Positions 1 to 9,633 of a DNA stretch of 64,000 bases are shown here, piece after piece. Origin of the DNA: Pseudomonadota bacterium (GTDB lineage: Bacteria > Pseudomonadota > Gammaproteobacteria > Burkholderiales > Thiobacillaceae); contig JAJXUA010000001.1 of NCBI GenBank assembly GCA_021783275.1, positions 1,365 to 65,364 on the forward strand, written 5' to 3'. A program made the position numbers and the translations under genes. The stretch's first letter is position 1; the number at the start of each line of letters is the position of its first letter. The notes beneath the pieces were generated by a model. The model had not been told where the DNA came from and ran no database searches. It was given only the letters and a program-made list of their open reading frames with translations.

Positions 1-1152
1 TTACGCAGACGCGACCAGCGCCTGATACAGCCGCAGGATATCGTCCTGCATGCGGGTTTCGCTCCAGCCGGCGGCATAGTCCCGCCCCGCCGCGCCCAAT
101 GCGCGGGCTGCGGCCCGGTCGGCCAGCAGCGGCCGCAGTACCCCGGCAAACCCGGCCACGTCGTCCGGCGCGATGCGGCAGCCCGCGCCTTCCTGCAGGA
201 CATCTTTCGTCCCCATTTCGGCCAGGCCGACGACCGGCACGCCCAGCGCCATGGCTTCGAGCAGGACCAGGCCCTGGGTTTCGGTTTTGGACGCGAAGAC
301 AAACACATCGGCGGCGCAATAACAGCCGGGCAACCCGGTTTTGCGATCGAGGTAGCCGACGAAACGCACATTGTCCGTCAAGCCCCGCTGCGCCACGGCG
401 CGCTCCAGTGAGGCGCGTGCCGGGCCTTCGCCCGCGATTACGAACAGCAGGTCGGGAAAGTCGTGGCGCAAGGTGTCGGTGACGTGCAGCAGAAAATCCA
501 GATTTTTTTCGAACGCCACACGCCCCACATAGCTGATGACCGGACGATCCGGCGCAATGCTGTAGCGGGCGCGAAACGCCGCGCCGTCGCAGTGGGCAAA
601 ATCGGCCAGGCGCAGCCCGGTGGGAATGATGTGCACCGGACGCGTAACGCCATAGCGCTGAAGCGCCTGTTTCATCGCCGATGACGGCGCAATGACCGCC
701 GTCACGCCTTCGCATTCCTTGCGCGAAATCCGCCGCGCCAGCGCGGCCAGCCATTTTTTGGGCAGAAACGGCAGGTAGTGGTGGAGGTATTCCTCGAACA
801 GCGTGTGATAGGTCTCGACGCTAGGGAGATGATGCCTGCGTGCCCAGCGCACGCCGCCACGGTGGGCGAGGAAAGGCGTGTGAATATGAATCAGGTCGAA
901 GTCGGCCGGGTTCTGCGCCTCCAACGCGGCCGCCAGTGCGCGCGGATGCATCAGCCGGTCTTCAGGGTCGCGCGGAATCGCCCAGCCCGGCACGCGCACG
1001 ATATCGGGTTCCGCTGCCGCGCCCGGATAGTCCGGCGCCACCAGCACACTCGTATGCCCGGCGGCGGCCAGCGCCTGACGCAGGGTCTGGATCGATGTGG
1101 ACACGCCATTGACGCGCGGAAAATACACGTCGGACACCATCAGGATACGCAC
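1..1152 (-). CDS. Glycosyltransferase family 4 (GT-B fold)
   Basis: GTG start at 1152 after GGAG; N-terminal (M)RILMVSDVYFPRVNGVSTS; GT4 motif ETQGLVLLEAMALGVPVV; stop at position 1. Confidence 0.9.
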   Translation of the reverse strand: MRILMVSDVYFPRVNGVSTSIQTLRQALAAAGHTSVLVAPDYPGAAAEPDIVRVPGWAIPRDPEDRLMHPRALAAALEAQNPADFDLIHIHTPFLAHRGGVRWARRHHLPSVETYHTLFEEYLHHYLPFLPKKWLAALARRISRKECEGVTAVIAPSSAMKQALQRYGVTRPVHIIPTGLRLADFAHCDGAAFRARYSIAPDRPVISYVGRVAFEKNLDFLLHVTDTLRHDFPDLLFVIAGEGPARASLERAVAQRGLTDNVRFVGYLDRKTGLPGCYCAADVFVFASKTETQGLVLLEAMALGVPVVGLAEMGTKDVLQEGAGCRIAPDDVAGFAGVLRPLLADRAAARALGAAGRDYAAGWSETRMQDDILRLYQALVASA

Positions 1153-1216
1153 GCAAGACTCCATCCATTCGAAGTCTGCGTTGTATGACGCGGGTGTTAC
1201 AGGATGATGACTGCGC

Positions 1217-1822
1217 TCACAGGTCGATGCCCGGCTGGGCCTGTACCCCAGCGCGGAAGGCGTGTTTCTCGTCAGCAATCACCGACACCGTGTCGGCGAG
1301 CGCGATCAATGCGTCGCTGGCGGCACGCCCGGTGACCACCACATGCTGCATCGCGGGCCGCTGCACCAGCGCATCTAGCACGGTGTCCGCATCGAGATAG
1401 CCGTAGCTCAGCAGATAAGTCAGTTCGTCCAGCACCACCAGCTGATACGCCGGGTCGGCCAGCATGCGCGCCGCAATCGCCCAGCCACGCTGTGCCGTGG
1501 CGATGTCCTGTTCGCGGTTCTGCGTATCCCAGGTAAAGCCGTCGCCGGTGACGTGCCATTCCGTGTGCGGGCCGAGGAACGCTTCCTCGCCGGTGTCGGT
1601 ACGGCTCTTGATGAACTGCACCACGCCCACCTTCAACCTGTGGCCCAGCGCCCGCGCGACCATGCCGAAGGCCGCCGTGCTCTTGCCCTTGCCGTTGCCG
1701 GTGACAACCAGCAGCAGGCCGCGCGCGTCGGTCGCCGCCGCGATGGCGGCATCGACCACGGCTTTCTTCTTCGCCATACGGGCGGAGTGGCGCGCCTGGC
1801 GTTCGGTTGCGTCTTCAGTCAT
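1217..1822 (-). CDS. cobO: Cob(I)alamin adenosyltransferase
   Basis: P-loop TGNGKGKSTAAFG, VQFIK, GFTW, LVVLDEL, HVVVTGR, KHAF...GIDL. Confidence 0.95.
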   Translation of the reverse strand: MTEDATERQARHSARMAKKKAVVDAAIAAATDARGLLLVVTGNGKGKSTAAFGMVARALGHRLKVGVVQFIKSRTDTGEEAFLGPHTEWHVTGDGFTWDTQNREQDIATAQRGWAIAARMLADPAYQLVVLDELTYLLSYGYLDADTVLDALVQRPAMQHVVVTGRAASDALIALADTVSVIADEKHAFRAGVQAQPGIDL

Positions 1823-1879
1823 AACGGACTCATTTGAACATTTTCACGGACGAGCGCATACGATGCGGCGCAGCGCGCG

Positions 1880-3715
1880 TCATTTCGGCGCATACCCCAG
1901 CTCGACAAACAGTGCACGACCCTGCGTGTTGTAGCCATGGACGAGCGAATAGTCGCGGTCAAACAGGTTGAGCAATTTGCCCGACAGTTTCCAGTCGCGC
2001 GCCAGCTGCCAGCCGAGATTCAGGTTGACGACGGCGTAGCCCGGCACCGTGGTGCGCGCGAAGGTGGTGGCATGCACGTCGGGTCGCGCGCCCGAGGCCA
2101 GCACCTCGGCTCGCCAGTCGAGCGTCTCACCCAGCGCGCCGCCCAGCGAGACGCTGCCGAAGCGGTCGGCACGACGCAAGAGGCCGAGGCCGGTCGCGCG
2201 GTCTTCGGGGTCCTGCGCGGTGTACGCCGCGCGCGCGTCGAGGCCCGCCACCTGCCCCTGCCACGACAGTTCGATGCCGCGATTTTCCGCCCGATCCACA
2301 TTGGTCGCCGTGAACGTGGGGGCGACGAAGTTGATGAGATCGCGGGTGCGCGTAGCAAAGGCGGTGGCACGCGCAAGGCCGTACGCTCCGCTATAGGTCA
2401 GACCGAGCTCGGCGCTGCGGGCGCGCTCCGGATCGAGTGCCGGATTGCTGCCGAAGGGGCCGTACAGCTCGTTGAAGGTGGGCGCACGAAACGCGGTGGA
2501 ATACGTAGCCGAGACACGCCACGCCGGCGTCAGCCGGTAACCGTAGCCGACGAGGCCCGTGGTCGCACCGCCGACGTCGCTATAGTCGTCGCGACGCAGA
2601 TTCAACTGCACGTCGTGCGCACCCAGTGCAGCGGTGTAGCCAGCGAACGCACTACGGACGCGGCGTGCATCGTCGGCATAGGCCTGATTGGTATCGAAGC
2701 GCTGCCACAGCCCCTCGACGCCGAGACGCACCTGACCCGCGCCCGCGTCCACGGTGTTGTGCCAGGCGAGCTGGCGGTTGCGCGTGCGGAAGCGGTCACT
2801 CATTACACCATCAAGATCAGACACCAGATCGTCCTCGCCCTGCGACATCTGCACGCGGCTGTGCCAGCCAGGCAGCCAGCGGTTATCGCTGAACACCGAC
2901 AGCGCGGTCAGCGTCTGTTCGCTGTGATTGACGGACGTGCCGTCGAACTCGACATCCCCTTCACTGCGCCAGGCCGTAAGGCCGAATTCGTGCCCAGCCG
3001 CAAGCCGATGTGACAGGGACAAATTGAATGCGGTGTTCTCATAGGCGTCGTCGTCGGTATCTTCGGGCGCAAAGGCGAAGAGCGCAGGCACGAATTCGGC
3101 GCGCGCGCTGGAAAACCCGTCCGTCTGCGTGCGCGCCACGCCGAGGTGGAATCGCGTATCGCCGTGCGCGCCACCCAGACTCGCCGCGAGCTTGCGCGTA
3201 TCGTCCGCGCCCAGCCCCAGGGTGATCGTGGGCCGGATCGCGCCTTCACCGCGCCGGGTGAAAATCTGCACCACGCCGCCGATGGCTTCGGAGCCGTACA
3301 CGCTCGACACGTTGCCGCGCACGATCTCGATGCGTTCGACATCGTCGAGCAGGATCTGGTCGATGGCGGTGGCCCCGGTGCTCGCGGAATTGACACGCAC
3401 GCCGTCGATCAGCACCAGCACGTGGTCGGATTCCGAGCCCCGGATGCGGATCGCCGCCTGCGCGCCGAGCCCGCCGGTCTGCGCGATTTCTACGCCGGAC
3501 GCTTGGCGCAGCAGGCTCGCCATGTCGAGCGCGCCCGAGGTGTCGATGTCCGCACGGGTGATAACACTGGTGTGCTGCAAGGGCGCGGCGAGCGGCTGCG
3601 GGGTGCCGGTGGGGGTGACGACGATGGTATCGCCGACATAGGTCGGCAGGGTTTCCGCAAACACGGGCACAGCACAGCCTGCGGCCAGCGCAAGGACGAG
3701 GGGTAATGGACGCAT
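1880..3715 (-). CDS. btuB: TonB-dependent vitamin B12 receptor
   Basis: Signal peptide, TonB box DTIVVT, plug IRG...LVLIDG...ERIEIVRG...YGSEAIGGV, LLRRA, C-terminal NLFD..Y...GY; downstream of a cobalamin riboswitch. Confidence 0.9.
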   Translation of the reverse strand: MRPLPLVLALAAGCAVPVFAETLPTYVGDTIVVTPTGTPQPLAAPLQHTSVITRADIDTSGALDMASLLRQASGVEIAQTGGLGAQAAIRIRGSESDHVLVLIDGVRVNSASTGATAIDQILLDDVERIEIVRGNVSSVYGSEAIGGVVQIFTRRGEGAIRPTITLGLGADDTRKLAASLGGAHGDTRFHLGVARTQTDGFSSARAEFVPALFAFAPEDTDDDAYENTAFNLSLSHRLAAGHEFGLTAWRSEGDVEFDGTSVNHSEQTLTALSVFSDNRWLPGWHSRVQMSQGEDDLVSDLDGVMSDRFRTRNRQLAWHNTVDAGAGQVRLGVEGLWQRFDTNQAYADDARRVRSAFAGYTAALGAHDVQLNLRRDDYSDVGGATTGLVGYGYRLTPAWRVSATYSTAFRAPTFNELYGPFGSNPALDPERARSAELGLTYSGAYGLARATAFATRTRDLINFVAPTFTATNVDRAENRGIELSWQGQVAGLDARAAYTAQDPEDRATGLGLLRRADRFGSVSLGGALGETLDWRAEVLASGARPDVHATTFARTTVPGYAVVNLNLGWQLARDWKLSGKLLNLFDRDYSLVHGYNTQGRALFVELGYAPK

Positions 3716-3791
3716 GAGGTTTTCCGGTTGGGCGCCTGGTTCCCCGCAGGCGCGTTGCACGATCCGCTGCGCGACGTGTCGCCAACGCAGG

Positions 3792-4008
3792 GTTCAGGCC
3801 GGTATCCGGGCTCGCGCCTGAAGTGCATCGCCTTCCCGGACCCTCTGATTTTCCAGCTGCGGAAAACCCGTCGTGCCAGTCCAGTGGCGTGTGTGATGCA
3901 CCGTTTAGCGCTTACCGTTGCGGGGGCAGCACAGGCATGGCGGCACAAACGCCGCGCACCTGTTTCCCGTTTATCCTCGGCGGCGGAACACCGCGTTGGC
4001 ACCTGAAG
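3792..4008 (-). promoter_or_regulatory. Cobalamin riboswitch
   Basis: Minus strand reads AGGTG...AAACGGGAAACAGGTG...GCTGCCCCCGCAACGGTAA...GCCACTGG...GGGAAGGC...GAGCCCGGATACCGGCC (B12 box), upstream of btuB. Confidence 0.95.
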
Positions 4009-4075
4009 CCGCGCATTGTACCCGATGCAGAGGCACAGATTGACCGTCCGCGCGCCGCCCCCTATAGTCGCAGCC

Positions 4076-4273
4076 ATGCACGCCGAACTCGATACGCTCG
4101 AAGCCAAAATCCGCCAGGTAGCCGAGCTGTGTCACACCCTGCGCCGCGAAAATATTGCGCTGCGCCAGCAGCTGCTGGCCAGCCAGCAGGACAGCAAACA
4201 GCTGACGACCCGGCTCGACGCCGCCAAGACCCGTTTGCAGGCCCTGCTCGACACGCTCCCGGAGGACGCCTGA
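4076..4273 (+). CDS. Short coiled-coil protein, ZapB-like
   Basis: 65 aa heptad pattern LDTLEAKIRQVAELCHTLRRENIALRQQL; its TGA overlaps the zapA ATG. Confidence 0.75.
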   Translation: MHAELDTLEAKIRQVAELCHTLRRENIALRQQLLASQQDSKQLTTRLDAAKTRLQALLDTLPEDA

Positions 4274-4575
4274 TGGCCGCCGCCCGCTCGATTGAAATTC
4301 ACATCCTGGGACGCGCCTACAAAGTGGCGTGCACACGCGAGGAAGAATCCGCGCTGGTCGCCGCCGCCGATTACCTGGATGAAAAAATGCGCGGCATCCG
4401 CGATACCGCCAAGGTCATCGGTGCCGAGCGCATCGCGATCATGGCTGGCCTTAACCTCGCCCATGACCTGCTGACCAAGGGCGGCGGCGGGTTGATCGAG
4501 GAAACCCGCACCCGGGTCGCGCACTGCAACACCCTGCTCGACGCGGCGCTGAATGATCAGGACACGTTGTTTTGA
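4273..4575 (+). CDS. zapA: Cell division protein ZapA
   Basis: IEIHILGRAYKVAC..EE..L..AA.YLDEKM, ERIAIMAGLNLAH; zapA-ssrS-ygfA synteny. Confidence 0.92.
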   Translation: MAAARSIEIHILGRAYKVACTREEESALVAAADYLDEKMRGIRDTAKVIGAERIAIMAGLNLAHDLLTKGGGGLIEETRTRVAHCNTLLDAALNDQDTLF

Positions 4576-4621
4576 GTTTCTCCGGGGTGATGTTTTCAAC
4601 CCAAATGGAATACACTGAACA

Positions 4622-4806
4622 GGCTCCCTGCGGTGTTCGAGGTTCGCTGCAATTTCTCTGAACCAATGCATACGTGCAAGGCTGCGGGCTATTCCGGTGC
4701 GGGTGTGCGCGTGACACGTCTCATGTGCCCAAAGTGCCTTTGACTGCGGCCGTCTTGAACTCCGGTTCAAGAGTCTGCGGCGCGTCACGGCACAGGCGGG
4801 GAGCCC
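4622..4806 (+). ncRNA. ssrS: 6S RNA
   Basis: ~185 nt between zapA and ygfA; terminal stem GGCTCCC/GGGAGCC; CTCTGAACC and CTTGAACTCCGGTTCAAG elements; TACACT -10 just upstream. Confidence 0.9.
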
Positions 4807-4813
4807 TTCTTCC

Positions 4814-5413
4814 ATGAACAAGTCCACGCTGCGGCGTCAACTCAAGGCGGCGCGCAATGCGCATACGCCTGCGACGCGCCGTCAGGCTGCGCGCTCGGCG
4901 TTGCGACTGGCCCTGCGCCACGGCCTGCTGCTACGCGCCCGGCGCATCGGCCTGTATCTGCCTCATGGCGGCGAATTCGACACACACCTGCTGCTCAATC
5001 AGCTGCTGGGCATGCGGCGCACCTACTACCTGCCCATGCTGCCGCCGCGCGGCCGGGTGATGCGTTTTGGCCGGATAGGCCGCACGACGCGGATGGAAAA
5101 CAACCGCTACGGCATTGCCGAACCACAGGACGCCCAGCCCCTGCGCGCGCGTCAGCTCGACCTGCTGCTGCTGCCGCTGGTGGGCTTTGACCTGGCGGGA
5201 CACCGGCTCGGCATGGGCGGCGGATACTACGACGCGACGCTGGCCTTCATGCATCATCGCCGCCACTGGCGCAAACCACGTCTGGTGGGCATCGCCTATG
5301 AATGCCAGCGGGTCGATGCGCTCCCGCACGATCCGTGGGACATGCCGCTCGACGCGGTGCTAACCGAACGCAGGCTGTATCGTTTTCCGTCAGGCGGTCA
5401 TTCGCCGAGATAG
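4814..5413 (+). CDS. ygfA: 5-formyltetrahydrofolate cyclo-ligase
   Basis: NRYGIAEP, LLLPLVGFD..G.RLGMGGGYYD, PHDPWDMPLD. Confidence 0.95.
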   Translation: MNKSTLRRQLKAARNAHTPATRRQAARSALRLALRHGLLLRARRIGLYLPHGGEFDTHLLLNQLLGMRRTYYLPMLPPRGRVMRFGRIGRTTRMENNRYGIAEPQDAQPLRARQLDLLLLPLVGFDLAGHRLGMGGGYYDATLAFMHHRRHWRKPRLVGIAYECQRVDALPHDPWDMPLDAVLTERRLYRFPSGGHSPR

Positions 5414-6114
5414 GCGGCGCGCACGGCCGGGTTGGCGGCGAGTTCAGACGCCGTGCCGGACACCGTGATCGCGCCGGATTCGAGGACGTAGCCGCGCGCG
5501 CAGGTTTTGAGCGCGAGGTGCGCATTCTGCTCCACCAGCAAGACTGCAACGCCGCGCGCGGCGATGGTATGGATGATGTCGAACACCGCGCGCACCATCA
5601 AGGGCGCGAGCCCCATGCTGGGCTCATCGAGCAGCAGCAGGCGTGGTCTGGCGAGCATCGCGCGGCCAAGCGCGAGCATTTGCTGCTCGCCGCCCGAGAG
5701 CAGCCCGGCCAACTGCGCGCGGCGCTCGGCGAGGCGTGGTAAGAGCGCGTAAACCTCGTCGCGATCGCGAGCGATGTCGGGTTTGTCATCCCGGCAATAC
5801 GCGCCCATCGCAAGATTCTCGGCGACCGACATGCGCGGAAACACGCCCCGGCCTTCGGGCACGAGCGCGAGGCCACGGCGGGCGATGCGGTGTGCAGGCT
5901 CGTGTTTGAACGGCGCGCCGTCGAACGTGATTTCGCCACTGGCGGGTGGCAGCAAGCCGGCGATGGCTTTGAGCGTGCTGGTCTTGCCCGCGCCGTTCGC
6001 ACCGATGAGGCAGACCATTTCGCCCGCGCCGACAGTGAGGCCGATGCCGCGCACGGCTTGGATGCCGCCATAGCTGACGGTGAGATTGCGGATGTCAAGG
6101 AGTGGCGTGCTCAT
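5398..6114 (-). CDS. livF: Branched-chain amino acid ABC transporter ATPase
   Basis: GANGAGKT, VPEGRGVF, LSGGEQQMLALGRA, LLLDEPSMGLAP, LVEQN. Confidence 0.93.
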   Translation of the reverse strand: MSTPLLDIRNLTVSYGGIQAVRGIGLTVGAGEMVCLIGANGAGKTSTLKAIAGLLPPASGEITFDGAPFKHEPAHRIARRGLALVPEGRGVFPRMSVAENLAMGAYCRDDKPDIARDRDEVYALLPRLAERRAQLAGLLSGGEQQMLALGRAMLARPRLLLLDEPSMGLAPLMVRAVFDIIHTIAARGVAVLLVEQNAHLALKTCARGYVLESGAITVSGTASELAANPAVRAAYLGE

Positions 6115-6878
6115 GCCGCTTCATCCCCCAGATACGCCGCGATGACCTTGGCGTCTTTGAGCGCCACCTCGGGCGTGCCTTCGAAAATCTTCACGCCGTA
6201 GTCGAGCACGGCGAGTCGGTCGCACAGGCCCATCACCAGTTTCACGTCGTGTTCGATCAAGAGCAGGGTCAGGCCGTCGTCGTCGCGCAGGCTGCGCAAC
6301 AAGGCCGCCAGCGCGGCGCGCTCGCCGGGGTTCATCCCTGCGGCGGGCTCGTCGAGCGCGAGGATTTTGGGTTCGGTGGCGAGCGCGCGGGCGATTTCGA
6401 GGCGGCGCTGGTCGCCGTAGGAAAGATGCTTGGCGACGCGGCCGGCGTGAGGCGCGAGGCCGACGCGGGCGAGCAGGGCGCGCGCGCGCATCAGCGAATC
6501 GGCTTCTTCGCGGCGGGTGTGCGGCGGCTGGAAGATCGCGCCGATGACGCCGCTTTTCGTGCGCGCGTGACGCCCGACCAGGACGTTTTCGAGCGCGGTC
6601 ATTTCGGCGAACAGGCGGATGTTCTGAAAGGTGCGGGCGAGGCCGCGTTTCAGGATCGCGTGCGGCGGCTGGCCGGTCAGCCGCGCACCCGCGAGCATGA
6701 CCTCGCCGCTGTCGATGCTGTACAGCCCGGTGAGCGCGTTGAAAAGCGTGGTTTTGCCTGCGCCGTTGGGACCGATGAGGCCGTAGATTTCGCCCGCGTT
6801 GACGGACAGTGATACGTCGGACAGCGCTTTCAGTCCGCCGAACGCCTTGTTGACGCCAGTTACGGTGAGCAAGCTCAT
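6111..6878 (-). CDS. livG: Branched-chain amino acid ABC transporter ATPase
   Basis: Start MSLLTVTG at 6878; GPNGAGKTT, ARTFQNIRLF, LSYGDQRRLEIARALA, LDEPAAGMN. Confidence 0.93.
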   Translation of the reverse strand: MSLLTVTGVNKAFGGLKALSDVSLSVNAGEIYGLIGPNGAGKTTLFNALTGLYSIDSGEVMLAGARLTGQPPHAILKRGLARTFQNIRLFAEMTALENVLVGRHARTKSGVIGAIFQPPHTRREEADSLMRARALLARVGLAPHAGRVAKHLSYGDQRRLEIARALATEPKILALDEPAAGMNPGERAALAALLRSLRDDDGLTLLLIEHDVKLVMGLCDRLAVLDYGVKIFEGTPEVALKDAKVIAAYLGDEAA

Positions 6879-8020
6879 GGCGCGGGCGTCGGTTCGTCTG
6901 CCAGCGCCGCTTTTAATTTCGGCTCGCCAAGCTCGCGCCGCCGCCGCGACGACGGCAGCAAGCCTGCCGGGCGATAGAGCATGACGGCGACGAGCGCAAT
7001 TCCGAACAGCAGCATGCGCAAGTCCGCCGGTTCGATCACGACTTCGCCGAGGATGGCGCGCTGCCAGTCGCCGGTATAACGCAAGGCTTCGGGTAAGAGC
7101 GTCAAGATGACCGCGCCAAAGATGACCCCGGCGATGTTGCCCATGCCGCCGAGCACGATCATGCACAGGATCATGATCGACTCCATGAGGTTGAACGATT
7201 CGGGGCTGATGAAGCCCTGAAAACTGGCGAACAGCCCGCCCGCGAGCCCGCCGAAGGTCGCGCCCATGGCGAAGGCGAGCAATTTGAGATTGCGGGTGTT
7301 GATGCCGGTCGCGGCGGCGGCGATTTCGTCTTCGCGGATCGCGACCCAGGCGCGGCCGATGCGCGAATTCTCCAGCCGCATCGAGACGAAAATCACCGCG
7401 AGCGTGGCGGCGAGGAAGGCGTAATACGTGAGATGGACGCCGGTGAAGGTGATGCCAAAAACGGTGTGTGCTTGCGACAGACTGAAGCCGCCGACGCTGA
7501 TCGGATCGATGAGGTTGATCCCTTGCGGGCCGTTGGTGATGTTGACCGGCGCGTTCAGGTTGTTCATGAAGATGCGGATGATCTCGCCGAAACCGAGCGT
7601 GACGATGGCCAGATAATCGCCGCGCAATCGCAGCGTCGGCGCGCCGAGCAGGATGCCGAATAGCCCGGCGAGCATCGCGCCCAACGGCAACACCATCCAG
7701 AACGGCAGGTGGAGGCCGAAATGCGGGCTCGCGAGCCACGCGTAGACGTAGGCACCCAAGGCGTAGAACGCGACGTAGCCGAGGTCGAGCAGCCCGGCGT
7801 AGCCGACGACGATGTTGAGGCCGAGCGCGAGGACGACGTAGAGCAGCGCGAGGTCCAATAGCCGCACCCACGAGCGGCCGAGCGAGGCGTCGATGAGGAA
7901 AGGCAGTAGCGCAAGACCAATAGCGAAGAGGCCGAAGACCAGCCAGTGGGATTTGGCTGATTTCCCGTTCAGGATTTCGAACTTACCCATGCCGTTCTTC
8001 AATGAATCGAACTTACGCAC
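6875..8020 (-). CDS. livM: Branched-chain amino acid ABC transporter permease
   Basis: LGLNIVVGYAGLLDLGYVAFY, LRLRGDYLAIVTLGFGEI, AIREDEIAA; start may be 7990. Confidence 0.92.
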   Translation of the reverse strand: MRKFDSLKNGMGKFEILNGKSAKSHWLVFGLFAIGLALLPFLIDASLGRSWVRLLDLALLYVVLALGLNIVVGYAGLLDLGYVAFYALGAYVYAWLASPHFGLHLPFWMVLPLGAMLAGLFGILLGAPTLRLRGDYLAIVTLGFGEIIRIFMNNLNAPVNITNGPQGINLIDPISVGGFSLSQAHTVFGITFTGVHLTYYAFLAATLAVIFVSMRLENSRIGRAWVAIREDEIAAAATGINTRNLKLLAFAMGATFGGLAGGLFASFQGFISPESFNLMESIMILCMIVLGGMGNIAGVIFGAVILTLLPEALRYTGDWQRAILGEVVIEPADLRMLLFGIALVAVMLYRPAGLLPSSRRRRELGEPKLKAALADEPTPAP

Positions 8021-8939
8021 GCTCAGTCACCCGCGCGCCCAACAGCCCCGAAGGCCGGAACACCAGCACCGTGATCAGCACGAAAAACGCGAACACGTCC
8101 TGATAGTGGCTGCCAAGAAAACCGCCGGTGAGGTCGCCGATGTAGCCCGCGCCAAAGGATTCGATCAGCCCTAGCAGCAATCCGCCGAGCATCGCGCCGC
8201 CGAGATTGCCGATGCCGCCGAGCACCGCCGCCGAGAAGGCTTTGAGTCCCAGCATGAAGCCCATGTAATAGTGCGCGAGGCCGTAATACGCGCTGACCAT
8301 CACGCCTGCGATGGCCGCGAGCCCCGAGCCGATGACGAAGGTCGCGGCGATGACGCGATTGACGTCCACGCCCATCAGGCTCGCGACTTCACGCGATTGC
8401 GAGGTCGCGCGCATCGCGCGACCCAGCCGCGATTTCTGCACCAGCAGATTCAAGCCGAACAGCACGACGCCCGAGACGACGAGGATGGCGATCTGCACGT
8501 CGCTGATGGTCGCGCCGAAGACGTTGTGGCGACCCTCAGGCAGGATGCCCGCCGGGAAGGCGATGTATTGCTTGCCCCAGATCAGCATCGCGACGTTTTG
8601 CAAGATGATCGACACGCCGATGGCGGTGATGAGCGGCGCCAAACGTGGCGCATTGCGCAAAGGCCGATATGCGACGCGCTCGATCAGCATCCCGAGTCCC
8701 ATGCACACCGGTATCGCCAGCAACAAGCCCGCCGCGAGCACCACGCCGCCCGGCAGCATGGTGTTGGCGAGCGCGCCGATCACCGCGAGCCCGACCATCG
8801 CGCCGACCATCGTCACCTCGCCGTGGGCGAAGTTGATGAGGCCGAGGATGCCGTAGACCATGGTGTAGCCCAAGGCGACCAGCGCGTAGACGCTGCCGAG
8901 CACGAGGCCGTTGACGAGTTGTTGCAGGAAGATGTCCAT
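8013..8939 (-). CDS. livH: Branched-chain amino acid ABC transporter permease
   Basis: QQLVNGLVLGSVYALVALGYTMVYG..INFAHGE, KAFSAAVLGGIG, FRPSGLLG. Confidence 0.95.
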   Translation of the reverse strand: MDIFLQQLVNGLVLGSVYALVALGYTMVYGILGLINFAHGEVTMVGAMVGLAVIGALANTMLPGGVVLAAGLLLAIPVCMGLGMLIERVAYRPLRNAPRLAPLITAIGVSIILQNVAMLIWGKQYIAFPAGILPEGRHNVFGATISDVQIAILVVSGVVLFGLNLLVQKSRLGRAMRATSQSREVASLMGVDVNRVIAATFVIGSGLAAIAGVMVSAYYGLAHYYMGFMLGLKAFSAAVLGGIGNLGGAMLGGLLLGLIESFGAGYIGDLTGGFLGSHYQDVFAFFVLITVLVFRPSGLLGARVTERA

Positions 8940-9244
8940 CAGCGTTCGGTGTAACCGACTTCGGATTGCGCGCGCAGGGCGAGGACGAAAACCGTGTCGA
9001 GCGCGGCGACGTATCGGTAGAGCGCGAGATAGCCGCGCCCGCGTCGCCCGATGACGAGTTCACGGCGGTCGTCGGTGTCGTCAGCGAAGGGGCGGCCGAT
9101 CAGCGGGTTGAGTTCGAGCACGTTCAAGGCTTGCAGGATTTGCTGGAGGCGTTCGGTCGCGTCGGCGACCTGGTGTTGGGCGAGGTGGTCATGGATCCGG
9201 TCGAGATCCTTCGCCACCTCGACCGAGACTTGCAGATGCGCCAC
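8939..9244 (-). CDS. RelE/ParE family toxin
   Basis: GTG start; 101 aa; DLDRI...L..NPLIGRP...RELVIG....Y.ALYRY.....VFVLALR; follows an RHH gene. Confidence 0.85.
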   Translation of the reverse strand: MAHLQVSVEVAKDLDRIHDHLAQHQVADATERLQQILQALNVLELNPLIGRPFADDTDDRRELVIGRRGRGYLALYRYVAALDTVFVLALRAQSEVGYTER

Positions 9245-9255
9245 GCGCTCGTGGT

Positions 9256-9537
9256 TCAGCGGAATTTGCGTGGGCGTGGGTGGGCGGGCTTCTCGCCGGC
9301 GATGCGCGCTTCGAGATAGGCGCGCATGTCCGCCCACGGCACGGCCTCGCCGGTGGCGAGGATTTCGGCGTAGCGCGCGTCGGCCAGCGCTTCGAATTCG
9401 CTGCGACGCTCGGCGGCGGTGGTTTTTTCGACGATGGCTTCGAGCATGAAATGGTGGGCAGTCGTGCCGCTGCGCTTCGCCGCTTCGGCGATGCGCGATT
9501 TGAGGTCTTCGTTCAGACGCAGTGTGGTCGTGGACAT
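9256..9537 (-). CDS. CopG/RHH family antitoxin
   Basis: MSTTTLRLNEDLKSRIAEAAKRSGTTAHHFMLEAI ribbon-helix-helix; C-terminal GEAVPWADMRAYL. Confidence 0.85.
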   Translation of the reverse strand: MSTTTLRLNEDLKSRIAEAAKRSGTTAHHFMLEAIVEKTTAAERRSEFEALADARYAEILATGEAVPWADMRAYLEARIAGEKPAHPRPRKFR

Positions 9538-9563
9538 GGCGGACTCCTGGCAGCGATGTTGGA

Positions 9564-9587
9564 GCGAATGTAGCACGCCGGTGCTAC
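9564..9587 (-). promoter_or_regulatory. Putative TA operator and promoter
   Basis: Perfect inverted repeat GTAGCAC-N4-GTGCTAC (9570-9587) overlapping a TACATT -10-like hexamer on the minus strand, ~30 nt above the antitoxin start. Confidence 0.6.
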
Positions 9588-9633
9588 GCGGGTAAAGGCT
9601 TGCGCGATGAGCAAATTGCCGTCTGCGGCGGCC

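Noticed and set aside
6879-7871. Long N-terminal extension of livG (586-aa ORF)
   Set aside because: Arg-rich shadow frame over livM; the credible start is ATG 6878 overlapping the livM stop
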